In this document: piece after piece, positions 15,701 to 27,621 of the stretch | How the letters are laid out: every line of letters starts with the position of its first letter | How positions within the stretch are numbered: position 1 is the stretch's first letter | Origin: Phoronis australis | Taxonomy: Eukaryota; Animalia; Phoronida | Assembly (NCBI GenBank): GCA_002633005.1 | Contig: NMRA01000422.1 | Coordinates: 1-64,000, forward strand | Length of the DNA: 64,000 nt | Direction: 5' to 3' | Translations under genes and position numbers: made by a program | Notes under the pieces: model-generated | The model's database searches: none | What the model saw: only the letters and a program-made list of their open reading frames with translations | Told to the model about the DNA's origin: nothing

Positions 15701-18700
15701 TCATCATCAGAGTTGTCTCCCCTGATAACTGAGAATGAAGGGGAATTAACAGAACAGTTAAAGGTAGCTAACTGAATTTTGCTACCCTAATATTCAGTAC
15801 CAGTCATTTTTGCTGCTAAAAGTATTAGCTGTCATGACGGAAAAACTTTATATCGTCCGATTACTTTTTGTCTTGAAATGTATGATCTGGGCGTCAAGAA
15901 CTGGACTATACACTGGTGTTGTATTAAAACAAATAACGACCCCTAGTTGGAAGCCTTCTTTGACATATTAACGGAGTACCTTTCTTGGTCCAGTCGTTCA
16001 TTTTCACCTCGTACCAAGTCAATCAAGGACTGTGTTAATCCATAAGACGAGTTTGACATAGCTGATCAAAATAAAAACAATAGCAACCAGAATTAAAATG
16101 CCACAATTAAACATACCACAGTGTAACATCTCTCTCTGAACATTACTGTTAAGCATGCCAATTTAGCAAAACATTTTGAGTGGTTAAAAGTGTTATGTTT
16201 ACCTAAATTATTCATAGTTTTCTAGTAAGTAACATTTACTTCTCATTTTTAACATGATTATAATAAGTCATCAGAAATGTTTAGGCAACACTGTGAGGTT
16301 TGATCAAGATTACAGGGGACGATTTCGTTTCAAATATTTAATAAGTGTTCAAGCTGCAAGTAACATTCAGTTAAATGGCTGAAGGAGCATCCTGCAGGCG
16401 TTTAGAGGATAGATGTACAAACATTACCAGTATACATACTCTTGGATTGAACCAAATATAAATTTGCCTCACAATAACACTTCCCAGTGCTATTTTTCAT
16501 TCTGTGAGAAATTAGAAAAAAGATGTCACACCTTCTATGGGGCGTGTCAATTTCCTGTTTCGGTAGAATAACATGTAAGCACTCTCGCGACCAGAGAACT
16601 GCTGTTCAATATCATCAGCTGTTATTGGATGAACTCTGGAATCGTTAAGGTCAAACCAACAGTGGCCTACAGGGGGTGCTGGCTTTCTACAATAAAAGAT
16701 GGTCAGCAGTGAACATCACAAAGATGAACAAGATTAAAAGTTTGTGAAGAGTCTCTGATTTGAAAGTTGAGAATCTTTTGCCAAATTAAAGCCATGACCA
16801 TACTATGAAGTTTCATTTTAATACTAAATTTACAAAGTATTCATGAATTTTAGAGAGGTACGCAATTCATTATAAAATTTCTCTCACTAATGTAAACATT
16901 ACAAATCGAGAATCTTTTGCCAAAGGAAAGCCAGGACCATACTATGAAGTTTGATTACAAAATTTACAAAATATTCATGAATTGTAGAGAGAGCTACGCA
17001 GTTCATTTTAAAATTTCTCTCACTAATGTAACCAATACAAATTTCTAATGAAAAAAATAGTCAAGTGCAAAGTTTAACTAAAATTTTTACCTGGCGCCAA
17101 AACAATATCATCAATACTCACTCATCAGATCTGGCACTTTTTGGCTCATCATTTTTGTGAGATGTGTTGTTCACAGAGGGCGCTGGTGATGCTAACACAG
17201 AAATCAGGAACACACTAGAGCTGACGTCGTCATAAGAGAACCTGTCAGGATTTTTTTTAAAGAATTTGTTGATTGGACCGTATTTCTTCTTGAATCTTTT
17301 ATTCCATGACACTCCTGTTTGCTTCACAAGCTCCTAAAAACAATTCAAACTGAGCAGATTACTATGGAATGGCCATTTTTGTACCACATGTGTACTATGA
17401 GTATAGAATAGTTACATGCTCATCGAATGATCTGAAACCCAACAACTGCGATACCATATCGCATAAACTATATTGATTTCAAAAGAAGTTTTCGACACTT
17501 CAAAAATTTTCATTAACACCACAAAACTGATTTCTGAACACGAAGTTCAAGGAATGGTCATACATACTGCACATAGTTGGTCCAGTGTCATGCCCCCTGT
17601 TGGTGACCTGGATAGCAAGTTTGCCATGAGGTCAACAGGTGAATCACAGTCAATGAAATCCTGTTTGCCATCAGCAGGATCACTAGGCATCTGGATTTGC
17701 TCTTCCTCCTTGAACACAAGGGAAACCACTCTTAAATGGCTGCTCAGCCATGAAAGGTTACCAAGCACCAGGAATTTTAAGTTGTCAATTTTGAAACTGA
17801 CAAATTCTATCACCTAATATTCAATTTTCCAGTTAAAGGTATGAGTCGTGTCTGGTAGACAACACCGACCATGGCTGATTTGTGTAACAGAATCACAAAC
17901 ACACAACAGACTTTGTGGTTTCATAGCTCTGATAAAGGTTAATAACTTCAAAAAGTATATCCCATCTAACAGTGATCTCATAAATGCATTTTCAGCAGTT
18001 AAACCAAAAACGTCCTTTTAAACTCTACAGTAAAGTGAATACCACAACTGGTTCAAACACAACACTATTAGATACTTTTCTAATCAAAGACACATTTTTT
18101 TAACCACATAGCCAATCTATACATACAGGGTGGGACCACGTCCCAATACAGTCCACATCACGAATGTAGGCGTGATAGTGCCCTCCATGCGTACTCCCCT
18201 GGTGAATAACCACGGAGAACAGTTCATACTCCTCTTCCACTGGCTGCAAAAGAAACTCTGTCAGAAGTCAAAACAGTCATGGAGCTGGTAAGTTTTAAGG
18301 TTATTGATAAGTTTGACAGCCAAGTGTATTTTGCCAAACATATACAAAACAATAGACCTTAAGTCAGTAAAAAATTAGTAAAGATTGTGAAAGTAGAGAG
18401 CCAGCAGAAGTTGATTTTTGACTTTTTATCAATCTGTCCTTAATTGGGTCATGTGACCATGTTTTGCTACTAAATTTTAGCAAAGAATTACCGTAATAGA
18501 ATATTAAAAGCAAAACAACGGTATGAACAACACGATCAAATTTATTCAACATAAATGTTGAAGTTCAGATCTCAATGATGCTTAAACTTTTCTAAAATAT
18601 TGTTTGGTTTTTGTTTTACGGAAGTTGAGATGTTTTTCATGAAAATCGTAAGTACTCTTTTTTGATAGACCCTCGTGAAAAAGTGGAATATTCTAAAGAC

Positions 18701-21700
18701 AATTCCCAAAAGTGATTAGGACCACAATGCATAAAGAATCTGAAAGTTTCATACGAATCTGCTCAGCCATTTATGAGACATTTTACTCGGAAATTAGCAA
18801 ATTTGGACAGTTCTCTAGGGACCTACAAAACCTTAATTAAGTGGTGCAGTCGACTAACAGTCAGGTTACTTTTCAAATCATAGTATGAAACATACTCAAC
18901 AAACACCATGAGGCAAGAAACAAAAACATCAAAACAGAAATCAAGGTCGAGTTCGTCATGCTAGTAATACATGAGTGAAACTAGATCACACACTTCACTG
19001 GAAATATAAGGCGATATCTTGTCAAAGCTCACAAGTGATGCCGTTACACAGCTTCAAAAAATGTTAACTTCACAAAAACTAGAGTCTGACCTAACTTTTA
19101 GTTTTTGCATGGTATGACTATGAAGAATTAGTTTTGACATCAACTGCCAAAATTCTAAGTAGAATAATAATAATATGAAGATGACGTTTCTAATAGATCA
19201 AATTGAAGTTAATTGAAATTAGAACTATTCAAAATAGAATTCATGGAAAGGGAAGACAGTTGAAGCTCACATTCTCACAAAATGGCGACATATCCAACGT
19301 CATCGGAAATGTAAACCGACCGGTTTCCTGCAAGTAAATACTAACCATTAAAAGTCGGCCATTTTTTTCTTTAATCGATAGTCTATATTCACACAGCAGG
19401 TCACATACAGACTAACAATATGCTTCAGTTACGAACATCTACAGCAACATCACTTTCAATGGTGACATCGCTTACAATGACCCTCTAGGAGACTAATCAA
19501 AATGGACGAATAAAAATAAATGTAAGACTGTGTTTAACATCATAACCATTTCAATAAAAATTCATGTTAATGCCGAGTAAAACACATAGTACTTAGAAGA
19601 ATAGCAAACATCTCATTGAAAAAAATCAAAAACATTTTTCAGCAAAAGTTATATTAATTTTACATTTCTCAGTTCAAGTTGCCTCCTATCCTCAGTCTTA
19701 CTAGTGAACGCAAGCAAGAGACTAAAAGAGAACCGGGATACAATGCAACAGCAACCTCTAGTGTTCGTATTTTTTATTTACACCACTACCTTAAAGCTGA
19801 TGCTGCTTTAACAAAATTGAACAAGATATCCAAAAATATTTGAAGCGGGCTCAACATTGTTCCTTATCTCACACGGTAAATGAAAAGAAAAAAATTAAAA
19901 TATCCCAACCTTGTATCGCTCCAGTTTGACAAAATCGAAGCTAAACCTCAGTAAAGATATCGTAAGTATCGGGGGAAGGCTGCGAAGCTTGGCGCCCTGC
20001 AAAGGCAAAAGAAATCTTTGAGAAACATAGCATACATTTAAAGGCTAAACAGTACAAGACAAAAGTAATCAGACATAATACCGATTGCCTTGCATGATAG
20101 ATAATTAGGACACCAAAAATGACATAACTATTAGAGCAACAAAATTCTAATTACAGAATGCCTCAGTCACTAAGTTAAACTTTCTTGTCAATTCACCTTA
20201 ATTTATTCTCAGTCATGAGCAACGATGATGAATTTGCCATTGCATGAAACAATTATCCAATCAATTACATATGTAATATTGAGCCTGTTTTGTGAAAAAC
20301 GACTTAATGACTTAAGACAGAAATTTTGACTTACGCTCTCACTTTACAATTGCTAAATAAAGGTTTAGCCAAGTAATATGAACACATAACGGTCTAGAAG
20401 TAATTTACAGAAATTGTTTCAGTAACTAGCAGCTATGTGTCTTATATCCTAAGAGTCCTTGCACTTTTGCTTAAGTGAGATTTAATTATTTTTCAGAAAT
20501 AGTTATGTGGAGTGTGAATCAATTTTCTCTTACATGTGAAGCCTTAAGTCATTTTTCACGAAACACTTACAATAAAAACTCCAAATAAAAATTAGACCAA
20601 GCCTGGTGCAAAAGGAGATGCTTGCGAGCTATCTGTTACTGGATATTTAAAGCCAAAATGGAATAATACAAATCTGTGAAAATGGTCTTCCCTTACCATT
20701 TTAGCATCAACGAGTTCATTGCAGCGTTCACACTTATACTGATTGTTGCCATCCATCGTCTCCATGGAAACATACATGTCCAATAGAGCTGTCTCCACAC
20801 TGTTGCCATCGACAATGGGAAGCGAAAGATCCAAGAAGTGTTCCTCTCGCTCACTTACTCGTCCGCACTGTTGGCAAATTATCTAGGAGGAGAAAACGAT
20901 GCACGGAACATAAATTGTTGTCTCACTAGTCCAAAATAACTTATATAATCAATTACCTAAAAGAAGATGTGTTGTGTAAGATAAGACTCTCGCAACGAGA
21001 AAACTTTGCTTGTGGATCGCAAAAGGTCAAATCCATCCATGTTGACCAATCCTTTCAGTTGGGGTCATTTTGTTAGTCTAAGTAAACTAATTAGTTACAA
21101 CACACTTGACTTTCACTTACATCATTTTGCAGGGTCTTGTGTGATCTAAACAAACACAGAAGAAATTGAAGCTATGAAACGCACTTCAGGACAGCAATGA
21201 GTAGATCTTCATCTTGTGGGATTGAACAAAATCAAACAATTGTAACGTAACCTTCATTATTGGTGCACACTAGCATTAGAAATGCCTGCCAGAATGCTGA
21301 ATTATGGGAGAGAACGGAAATGTGTTTAAATATCCACAATACTTACTGCTTTTAGGAAAGGAAGTGATGGCAAAATATATTACAAGAAAATTAAGGGCTT
21401 CCAGTGTACCATGAATCTCCTTTATTCTTAAAGGAAAACATCTGGTCAGATAAGTTGCAATTTTGAGTAAATCACCAGATTTCTGTTTCTAATAAATAAA
21501 CTGGAGGGGTTTGAGTAGAACCTACTGGATTTTTTTTTTCGTTTCCTAGATAAACTAGATGGAACATGGAAAAGGAATTTTGGTTTCAAGAAGACCCTAT
21601 GATTTTTTGGTTTCAAAGGATAAACAGGAAGAAACATTAATAGTCTGTGACAAATAATTTTATTCCGATTAAACTATATGTTGTTATGGTGATCCACGAT

Positions 21701-24700
21701 TAGCAAAAAGAGATATGATAAAAATATTTTTGTGTTAAGTAGACCCTGGGATTATTTGGTTCACAATAGACAAACAGGAAGGGATATAGTGACAAATATT
21801 TCAATTCTCATTAGACCCTATGGTGTTATAGTGATCCATGATAAAAGGAAACAAAATAATAAAAAATATTTAAGCGCTGAATAGAAACTTGGATGTTTTG
21901 GTTTACAGAACACAAACAGGAAGGATATAGTAACAAATATTTAGAATGTGATGAAACCCTGTGGTGTTACAGTGATCCATGATAAATGGACACAAAAATG
22001 ATTTAAAAAACATTTTAGCGATGAGTGGACCCTGGGATTTTTTGGTTTACAGACGATAAACAGGAAGGGATATAATGACAAATATTTTGATTCTGATCAA
22101 AGCCTATCATAATGGTGTCATGGTGACCCATGATGAACAGACAGGAAAATGACGGAAGTATTTTAGTGTTAAGTAAATGCCAAGATTTTTTGTTAACAAC
22201 AATAGATCAACAGGAAGGGATAAATTAAACGAATGTTTAATGATGATGTATTTAACAAAATTATGACATGAGTTGGACCCACAAATATGAAATACGAAAT
22301 AGAAATAGTCACGTCACATTTTCAAAAAACTTGCAGGTCTTGGATTATTTTCCAATTCAAGTGACTGTGTGGGCAATTTAACACTTAAAATTTTTATAAA
22401 ATTAAGTGTTCATATCTAATTTCTAGTTTTCTAAGTGCTTAGTAATTTACAGCAATACGTAAATCTGACCTAGTTAGTATAACTGTTTTTAATTTTGACA
22501 TTTTAAGTTCATTTGACTGGGTCCATTACACCAAAATGACACATTAAATATTAAACACATAAATTGTGAGAAATCTTTTAATACCAATTACACCTTATGG
22601 TTTGATGGTGATCCACAATAAACAGAGAGAAGAACGATAAAATGTTTTGCATGGATTAGACCTGAGGTTTTATTGTTTACAATAGATAAACAGAAGGATA
22701 TAATCTATAGCGCTATTGTGATCCAAGATAAACAGAGAGGAAAACGAAGAAAATCTTCTAGTGCTAACAGATCCAGACTAGGGTTTTTTGGGTTCTCAAG
22801 ACAAATAGGAAAAGACATGGCATCAAGAATGTTTGAGAATGTGTACTTGTGTGAACTCATGGTTAGTGACCCAGCTGGACTGAACTTCGCTCACCTGATT
22901 GACCGTAGTACCCTTGTAGAGGTGAGAGATCAATGTCTGACCACTTGTACCCACAAGTGAGTCTTCAATGGCACAGAATAGGATCCTATTCAGCTCCTGA
23001 ACATCGTGCTGTTGAAGCTCCTGAGTGATAAATACGATAACCATCACAAAACTCACTGTTTTCATGATCATAATAATTACTTGGAGAATATTATTGCTAC
23101 TGTTACTGCAGCTGCTGTGGCATAAAGCTGATTATGAACCTGCCTTCTTATTAAATAAATTACGTTTGACTACCATTAACACTGGTCTCAGTTCGTTTCT
23201 TATAAGTAGTGTCTGAGTCTAGAAGGAACTGACAGCTAGCTGCTGCCCAAGATCCGATTTCAGAACTTGCATAGGCTGAACACAGTCTCGAACAAGAACC
23301 AACTGCCACTTCTAAGGCCAATAAATCATTTCTAATTTGACTTAAGGCACAATCTGAGAGTAGCTCTATTATTGTGAGTGGCCTTTTTGACAGAAAGTGG
23401 TTTCATAGCACCTTTAAATTCAAACTTCAGTTTGTTCCCAGTACGAATATTGAAATTTAAATGGTAATGCAAAGAAAAGTTATAGATGACTGATTGAACC
23501 CATAGATTTCCTAACTTGGATTATGTAAATGTCACAACTTGGCAAGAGGGCAGGGCATTCTGGTATGCTAAAGAAAAGATAATTGTAAAACGACCATGTT
23601 TATCCTAAACAACAAAGAATTAAAACTGTGTAATGTAACAAACTGTTTTCCAATCTCCTGGACAAAGGAAATTTCTATCAGCTACTGTCCAATTGAAGCC
23701 AATGTTTTATGAATCATGAAATCAGCTTGTTGAATGCAGCAATAAAGACGATGAATGTCGTGTAGAACATGAGACACAAATGCTTTAAAAAGTGGTTCAC
23801 TTGATTACGGTAAAGTCTTACCAAAGTCAGAAATAAATAATCGTCAAAACTACGATCTTTTTCACTTTTATAGGATTAGGCAATTTCTCAAAACATCCCC
23901 TGATGGTAGGTATAGTATGGAAACTAATTATTAACAAAAACCTTATTTTGTTATAATCTAGTCATCCTTTGCTAAACGGATGAAACACCAATGAAAATAT
24001 CTCTCGTGTCCCCAACATTGGGTCTTAAAGTGGTGAGATTTTACCATTTAGTAGTTGGGCAGAGACATGAGGAATAGAATCGTACTCTAGAAATACATGC
24101 ACGAAAGATTACTAGAAATCAAACGCACCTCACTGTTGGTCCATCCAAAGCTGTCTGTGAGTTCTACAGTACTCACACTCTGCTGATCGCTTAGCAACAA
24201 ACGAGCAAACAATCGTTGCATCTGAATAGGTATAACTCTCACCTGAAACAGACGAAACGTGATGAATTTGAAGGATTATATTCTAAGAATAACCAAAAAC
24301 GTTATTATGAATATAGTCCATCAAATTCTAATATTTTGAATTGTTAAAAGACACAGAAATTTGTTATGGTATCTGCTACTGAAACATGGAAATTCCATTT
24401 AAAATCTCCAATTCCACAAAATAAGTTAGATTCCATGAATTCCATTTTCCAATATCCCGGAATACCAGGATCACAGGAAGTACAATTTAATATCAAATAC
24501 TTAACTCTGGCATTTCGTAAAAGAACAAGATAATGAAAATTTCACGACACCACTAGTGAATAAAAGCATTTTTGAAAATTTAGTTGAGAATTCCACTGTG
24601 TACAGACCTTGGAATGTGGCAGAGAGGCATCGTCTAACTTTCCGAGTTCTTCTGGCAGGAGAGCAAATAATCTCTCTGAAATAAGATCAACCAGATCAGT

Positions 24701-26218
24701 GTGAAACACAGCCAATTATCATTAGGTTGTTCCGCCATGACAATTAATGAAAATTGGTCACAAGTATCAGTCACACATTACGCTACGACAGGATTCTGTT
24801 TCCATTACCAACTCAAGTCGCATGCTCACCAGACTTAGAACTTCCACGCCAGTTTAATATATTCTTATACTCAGCAATTCATGGATAAGATGTCTACTAC
24901 TTAGTCTGATTGGATTTATGCACTCGACCGCTGGTGCCCATGACTCAGTGGACTACAGCATCTGCACGGTTAGCAGAAGGTCACAGTTCTAGTCCCGTTT
25001 GCGACAGAAATTTTTTCAGACATATAGTCATTACTACTATGATACGTTATGTGGCCACAGTTGAGCGGCCAGACTTAGAAATTTTGCAATATAATATAGT
25101 TCAGTGAATCTGTAGTGAGTGTACAAAGGTCCACTTAACTATGAGCAACTGCTCCAGGGCCGACTGATTAAGACACCTGGCTTTTAAGCAAGAGGGCCAT
25201 GGGTTCAAGACTGGGCAACTATAAGGTACTTTTTCACAATACTGGACTACCGGTGCGTGACAACACCTACTCAAGACAGTGGAGAGGGACTACACAGCCT
25301 CCTGAGTTTGAAAAAAAGATGGATATAGAGGAGATCAACCTGATGTCAAGTTCTAGGTGTCGTGGCCCCCAGTTTATTGGATGAGGAAGAATGTGGTGAA
25401 TCTGGAGTGAGCCTATTAGTATATGAAAGCCTCTTTTAATCACTTGCCTACAGGCACTAGCTCTGGTACCACCTGGTTAAGATACCTGACATTTTAGGCA
25501 AATACATCTATTTCATTGAAGACATGACTAAACTTTTTGTTTGAAACCTTGATATTGTTGTGAATGTGGTATTCTCTCGCGTTCACTATTATATTGAGTC
25601 GCTCGTAGTGTCGAAACAATTAATCTCCTTTCTTCAGGTGTGCGGCCATATAGCAAAACATCGTGAGCTCTAACAAACAGACAAATTAAAACACATGCTA
25701 CATTTCGAAACTGCATGATGTCTCATCGTCAGGCAATAAGTGAAATGAACATATACGTTGCAAAATAAACAGTGAAATGTGTCACTGGGGGATGAGGGGC
25801 AAACAAGCAGCGAGTGTAAAAAGACTCCCCAGTAGGTCCCAATATCGACCGGTAAAGCGGGTAAAGGTATCAACGTGAAATTCATAGAGTTGACCAAAGA
25901 CTAATTGCCGAAGACAGCAATTTAAGAAAGGCTTATATTTACAACACTGACTGCAGATTCACCACAACAAGAACAATAAACAATGCAGACCGTGTTGAGG
26001 AAAATGTTATCTTACTCACCTCTGAACTCTGGCGTAAAAAGCAAGGTTTGCAGAAGGGAGTTGAGGTAGCATGTTGCACCCCTGTTGCCGATTCCACACA
26101 AGCCTGTGGACGGTCTAGGCAGGGGTGGGCAAGGTAAATTGGTACCAAGTGCGGCATCTGATTCCGTCAAACAAGTGGAATACTCCCCAGCGTCTTCAGC
26201 AAACAAAAACCCGAACAT
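578..26218 (-). CDS. USP40: Ubiquitin carboxyl-terminal hydrolase 40-like (USP family deubiquitinase), multi-exon, 3' end outside window
   Basis: 25 GT-AG exons join in frame (3339 nt, ~1113 aa). N-terminus MFGFLF..., Cys box [28 protein letters not shown], CxxC...CxxC zinc motif, His box [32 protein letters not shown], then a C-terminal region ([17 protein letters not shown]) matching recalled human USP40. Confidence 0.93.
1494..1559 (-). CDS. USP40: USP40 exon 24
   Basis: [21 protein letters not shown]|gtaagt; phases fit. Confidence 0.85.
1930..2837 (+). mobile_element. Diverged copy of the HINE-like element family
   Basis: Recurrent aaaattgccacta(gg) subunits, GACA microsatellite, degenerate 3' end ...cgcataaaa. 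Confidence 0.6.
3598..3823 (-). CDS. USP40: USP40 exon 23
   Basis: [38 protein letters not shown]...[23 protein letters not shown]. Confidence 0.85.
4372..5676 (+). mobile_element. Full-length Helentron/HINE-like element with internal ~455-bp tandem units
   Basis: 5' aacaagagcaacg...aatgcacccac (subterminal IR), internal repeats, GACA/GACG microsatellite, 3' stem-loop atgcacccacaaaatt..aattatgtgggcgcat; homologous to 38314-39976. Confidence 0.75.
6043..6640 (-). mobile_element. Related internally repeated element in reverse orientation
   Basis: Internal duplication (gacaggttgattat, ttggcagagatagacggctgg / ttggcatagagacagatggctgg) with the same architecture as the HINE-like family. Confidence 0.5.
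7045..7129 (-). CDS. USP40: USP40 exon 22
   Basis: [28 protein letters not shown]|gtatga. Confidence 0.8.
7387..7526 (-). CDS. USP40: USP40 exon 21
   Basis: [47 protein letters not shown]. Confidence 0.9.
8172..8289 (-). CDS. USP40: USP40 exon 20
   Basis: [39 protein letters not shown]. Confidence 0.83.
8517..9632. mobile_element. Putative non-autonomous DNA transposon
   Basis: Perfect 13-bp TIR cattaccagcaat (8517-8529) / attgctggtaatg (9620-9632); no clear TSD, no ORF. Confidence 0.5.
10055..10226. mobile_element. Palindromic MITE
   Basis: Imperfect long TIRs accttattca..cagttgccattt..gagcctctttttag / ctaaaaagaggctc..aaatggcgactg..tgaataaggt. Confidence 0.7.
10233..10321 (-). CDS. USP40: USP40 exon 19
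   Basis: [30 protein letters not shown]|gtatcg. Confidence 0.85.
10954..11059 (-). CDS. USP40: USP40 exon 18
   Basis: [35 protein letters not shown]|gtaagt. Confidence 0.8.
11462..11676. mobile_element. Tc1/mariner-type MITE
   Basis: ~24-bp TIR ctgtaaactcgcgggttaacgccc / gggcattaacccgcgagtttatgg flanked by TA on both sides. Confidence 0.8.
12004..12127 (-). CDS. USP40: USP40 exon 17
   Basis: [41 protein letters not shown]|gtaaag. Confidence 0.8.
12612..12717 (-). CDS. USP40: USP40 exon 16
   Basis: tgttttcag|..[35 protein letters not shown]; an alternative in-phase acceptor at 12783 is possible. Confidence 0.75.
13190..13388 (-). CDS. USP40: USP40 exon 15
   Basis: [21 protein letters not shown]...SRKVIK; AG/GT flanked, phases fit. 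Confidence 0.8.
13887..14039 (-). CDS. USP40: USP40 exon 14
   Basis: [25 protein letters not shown]...LYCWNGSE|gttagt. Confidence 0.85.
15086..15257 (-). CDS. USP40: USP40 exon 13
   Basis: [28 protein letters not shown]...[17 protein letters not shown]. Confidence 0.88.
15980..16061 (-). CDS. USP40: USP40 exon 12
   Basis: [28 protein letters not shown]; phases fit. Confidence 0.85.
16532..16686 (-). CDS. USP40: USP40 exon 11 (Asn/Asp box)
   Basis: [51 protein letters not shown]. Confidence 0.92.
16769..17043. repeat. Two-copy tandem duplication (~139 bp) in USP40 intron 10
   Basis: gagaatcttttgccaaa...aaaatttctctcactaatgtaa present twice head to tail. Confidence 0.85.
17122..17333 (-). 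CDS. USP40: USP40 exon 10
   Basis: [36 protein letters not shown]...; phase-2 donor gtgagt fits the next exon. Confidence 0.88.
17568..17708 (-). CDS. USP40: USP40 exon 9
   Basis: [47 protein letters not shown]; the acceptor (aag) is less certain. Confidence 0.8.
18127..18243 (-). CDS. USP40: USP40 exon 8 (His box)
   Basis: [39 protein letters not shown]|gtatgt. Confidence 0.93.
19271..19327 (-). CDS. USP40: USP40 exon 7
   Basis: [19 protein letters not shown]|gtgagc. Confidence 0.9.
19910..19996 (-). CDS. USP40: USP40 exon 6
   Basis: [29 protein letters not shown]. Confidence 0.92.
20697..20882 (-). CDS. USP40: USP40 exon 5 (zinc-finger fingers region)
   Basis: [24 protein letters not shown]...[17 protein letters not shown]|gtaagg. 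Confidence 0.93.
21590..22220. repeat. Degenerate tandem array (~120-150-bp units)
   Basis: Recurrent aaacaggaagggatata..gacaaatatt..gtgatccatga..gaccctgggatt; further decayed copies at ~22590-22820. Confidence 0.65.
22895..23020 (-). CDS. USP40: USP40 exon 4
   Basis: [42 protein letters not shown]. Confidence 0.93.
24129..24242 (-). CDS. USP40: USP40 exon 3
   Basis: [42 protein letters not shown] flanked. Confidence 0.92.
24608..24675 (-). CDS. USP40: USP40 exon 2
   Basis: cag|..[23 protein letters not shown]|gtctgt; phases fit. Confidence 0.88.
25155..25390 (+). mobile_element. tRNA(Lys)-derived SINE-like fragment
   Basis: Anticodon-like loop cttttaa and B-box-like ggttcaagact followed by a non-tRNA body; another tRNA-like head at ~24933-25005. 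Confidence 0.4.
26020..26218 (-). CDS. USP40: USP40 coding exon 1 (Cys box)
   Basis: ATG at 26218; [11 protein letters not shown]...[28 protein letters not shown]; donor G|gtgagt. Confidence 0.93.
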
Positions 26219-27450
26219 GTTTACTTGGACTGTTGACCAACACTTGTGTCTGGGGTCACTACGACACTAAACTAATGCCAGGTAAACTGTTAAGTAGTCT
26301 TCGTGATTTCCTAGAAAAATGGACGAGACGACAAATCTTACTTCAGTTTTTAAATTAACGTCGTAAATTCTACCATAGATCTTTAATAAAGAGCATTTTG
26401 AAGTTTCGGGAACAGCAAACTGTCGAGTCGTCGCATTGGTTGAAAGGAAGGCAACGCACGTGAGGAAAGTCCCCCGGCTGAGCCAGCAGACTGGCGTGTT
26501 TGTTTTCTTCTTGGTGTGGCGACAAAATAACGCTATTATTGTCGATACAGGCGGTGGCGCATGTGCAGTTCAAGAATTTTAAACTCAAAAGTTATTCATA
26601 GTACACGCATACCTATAGGCCTAAATAAAGTTTGGACACACACACTTAAGTGAGTCACTTTTAAATATAACACCTTTTTGATGAAATCCCTCTCTTCAAT
26701 AACTCAAATTGACCTTTTATTCTCATAACCTCGGTATGATCCGATAGATACTCTATAGACTATGGTCTGATAACATGCTTTCGAAACTGCGATGAGTAGG
26801 CCTATTAGTACTGCGGGTTGCATTACAAAGGCAAACCAACCGGTCCCCAAAATCCGGCCCAACTCTTCAGCCCCGAGCATGGGCCACTCCGTATTGACAA
26901 GGTGCTCGCAAGCACGTATAAAGGCTAGGCCTGCTGCGGGTACCATGTCTGCTAATAGTCCCCATCCTCTTGTTTTAGCGTTGTACGAGATTTTTCTGCC
27001 TCACTGACATGATGTTTCGCGACTGAAATGCAAATTTAAGGCGGGGACCATCCGCTGGTACGGCCGCAAAACTTGCTGAAAAAGTATCGCCTACCCGCAA
27101 TTTTTGCCTGTCCGATTAATTACGATTTGCCACCTATTAACTGAGATACCCCTCACTGAGGCAGGTACTACGGTAAGTACCACGATGAACAAAAACATTG
27201 TTTTTTGCCTTTTAGTGTAACGGGTTGTCGGGAGGCAAGTGCGGCGTGCTCGAATTTGTCATACATCGCTGAGGGTGCCAGTAAACACTGTTTTAGAAAT
27301 ACGAATTCGTTCACCGAGCGCAATACACAGACACTCCTGCAGCATGATAAACCTACTGAATTCATCCGATCAAAATTACCGCACCTGCCCATCCATGTTC
27401 CGCACGGCATCCAGTTGGCGAGAAGAAATTAAGTCAGGGTGTGCGCTTTG

Positions 27451-27621
27451 CACGGGTGGATCCAGGATTTTGAGTGGGGGGCACTAGCCAGGATTTTGTC
27501 CATCAGACATTCGCACCTCCCGCCTAACTCTCAAGTGCCAAATGGAATCTTCAGTGGGCCGAGAATTCATAGCTTGGGGGCCATGGCCCCTTGCCCACCC
27601 TCTAGGCTAAATCCGCCAGTG
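27451..27621. mobile_element. GC-rich MITE (hAT-like ends)
   Basis: cacgggtggatcca.../...taaatccgccagtg TIR; related to 63419-63563 in opposite orientation. Confidence 0.6.

Noticed and set aside
26040-26100. USP40 as a catalytically dead deubiquitinase (NRG in place of the NQG I recall for human USP40)
   Set aside because: The oxyanion Asn, catalytic Cys, His and the ND motif are all present.
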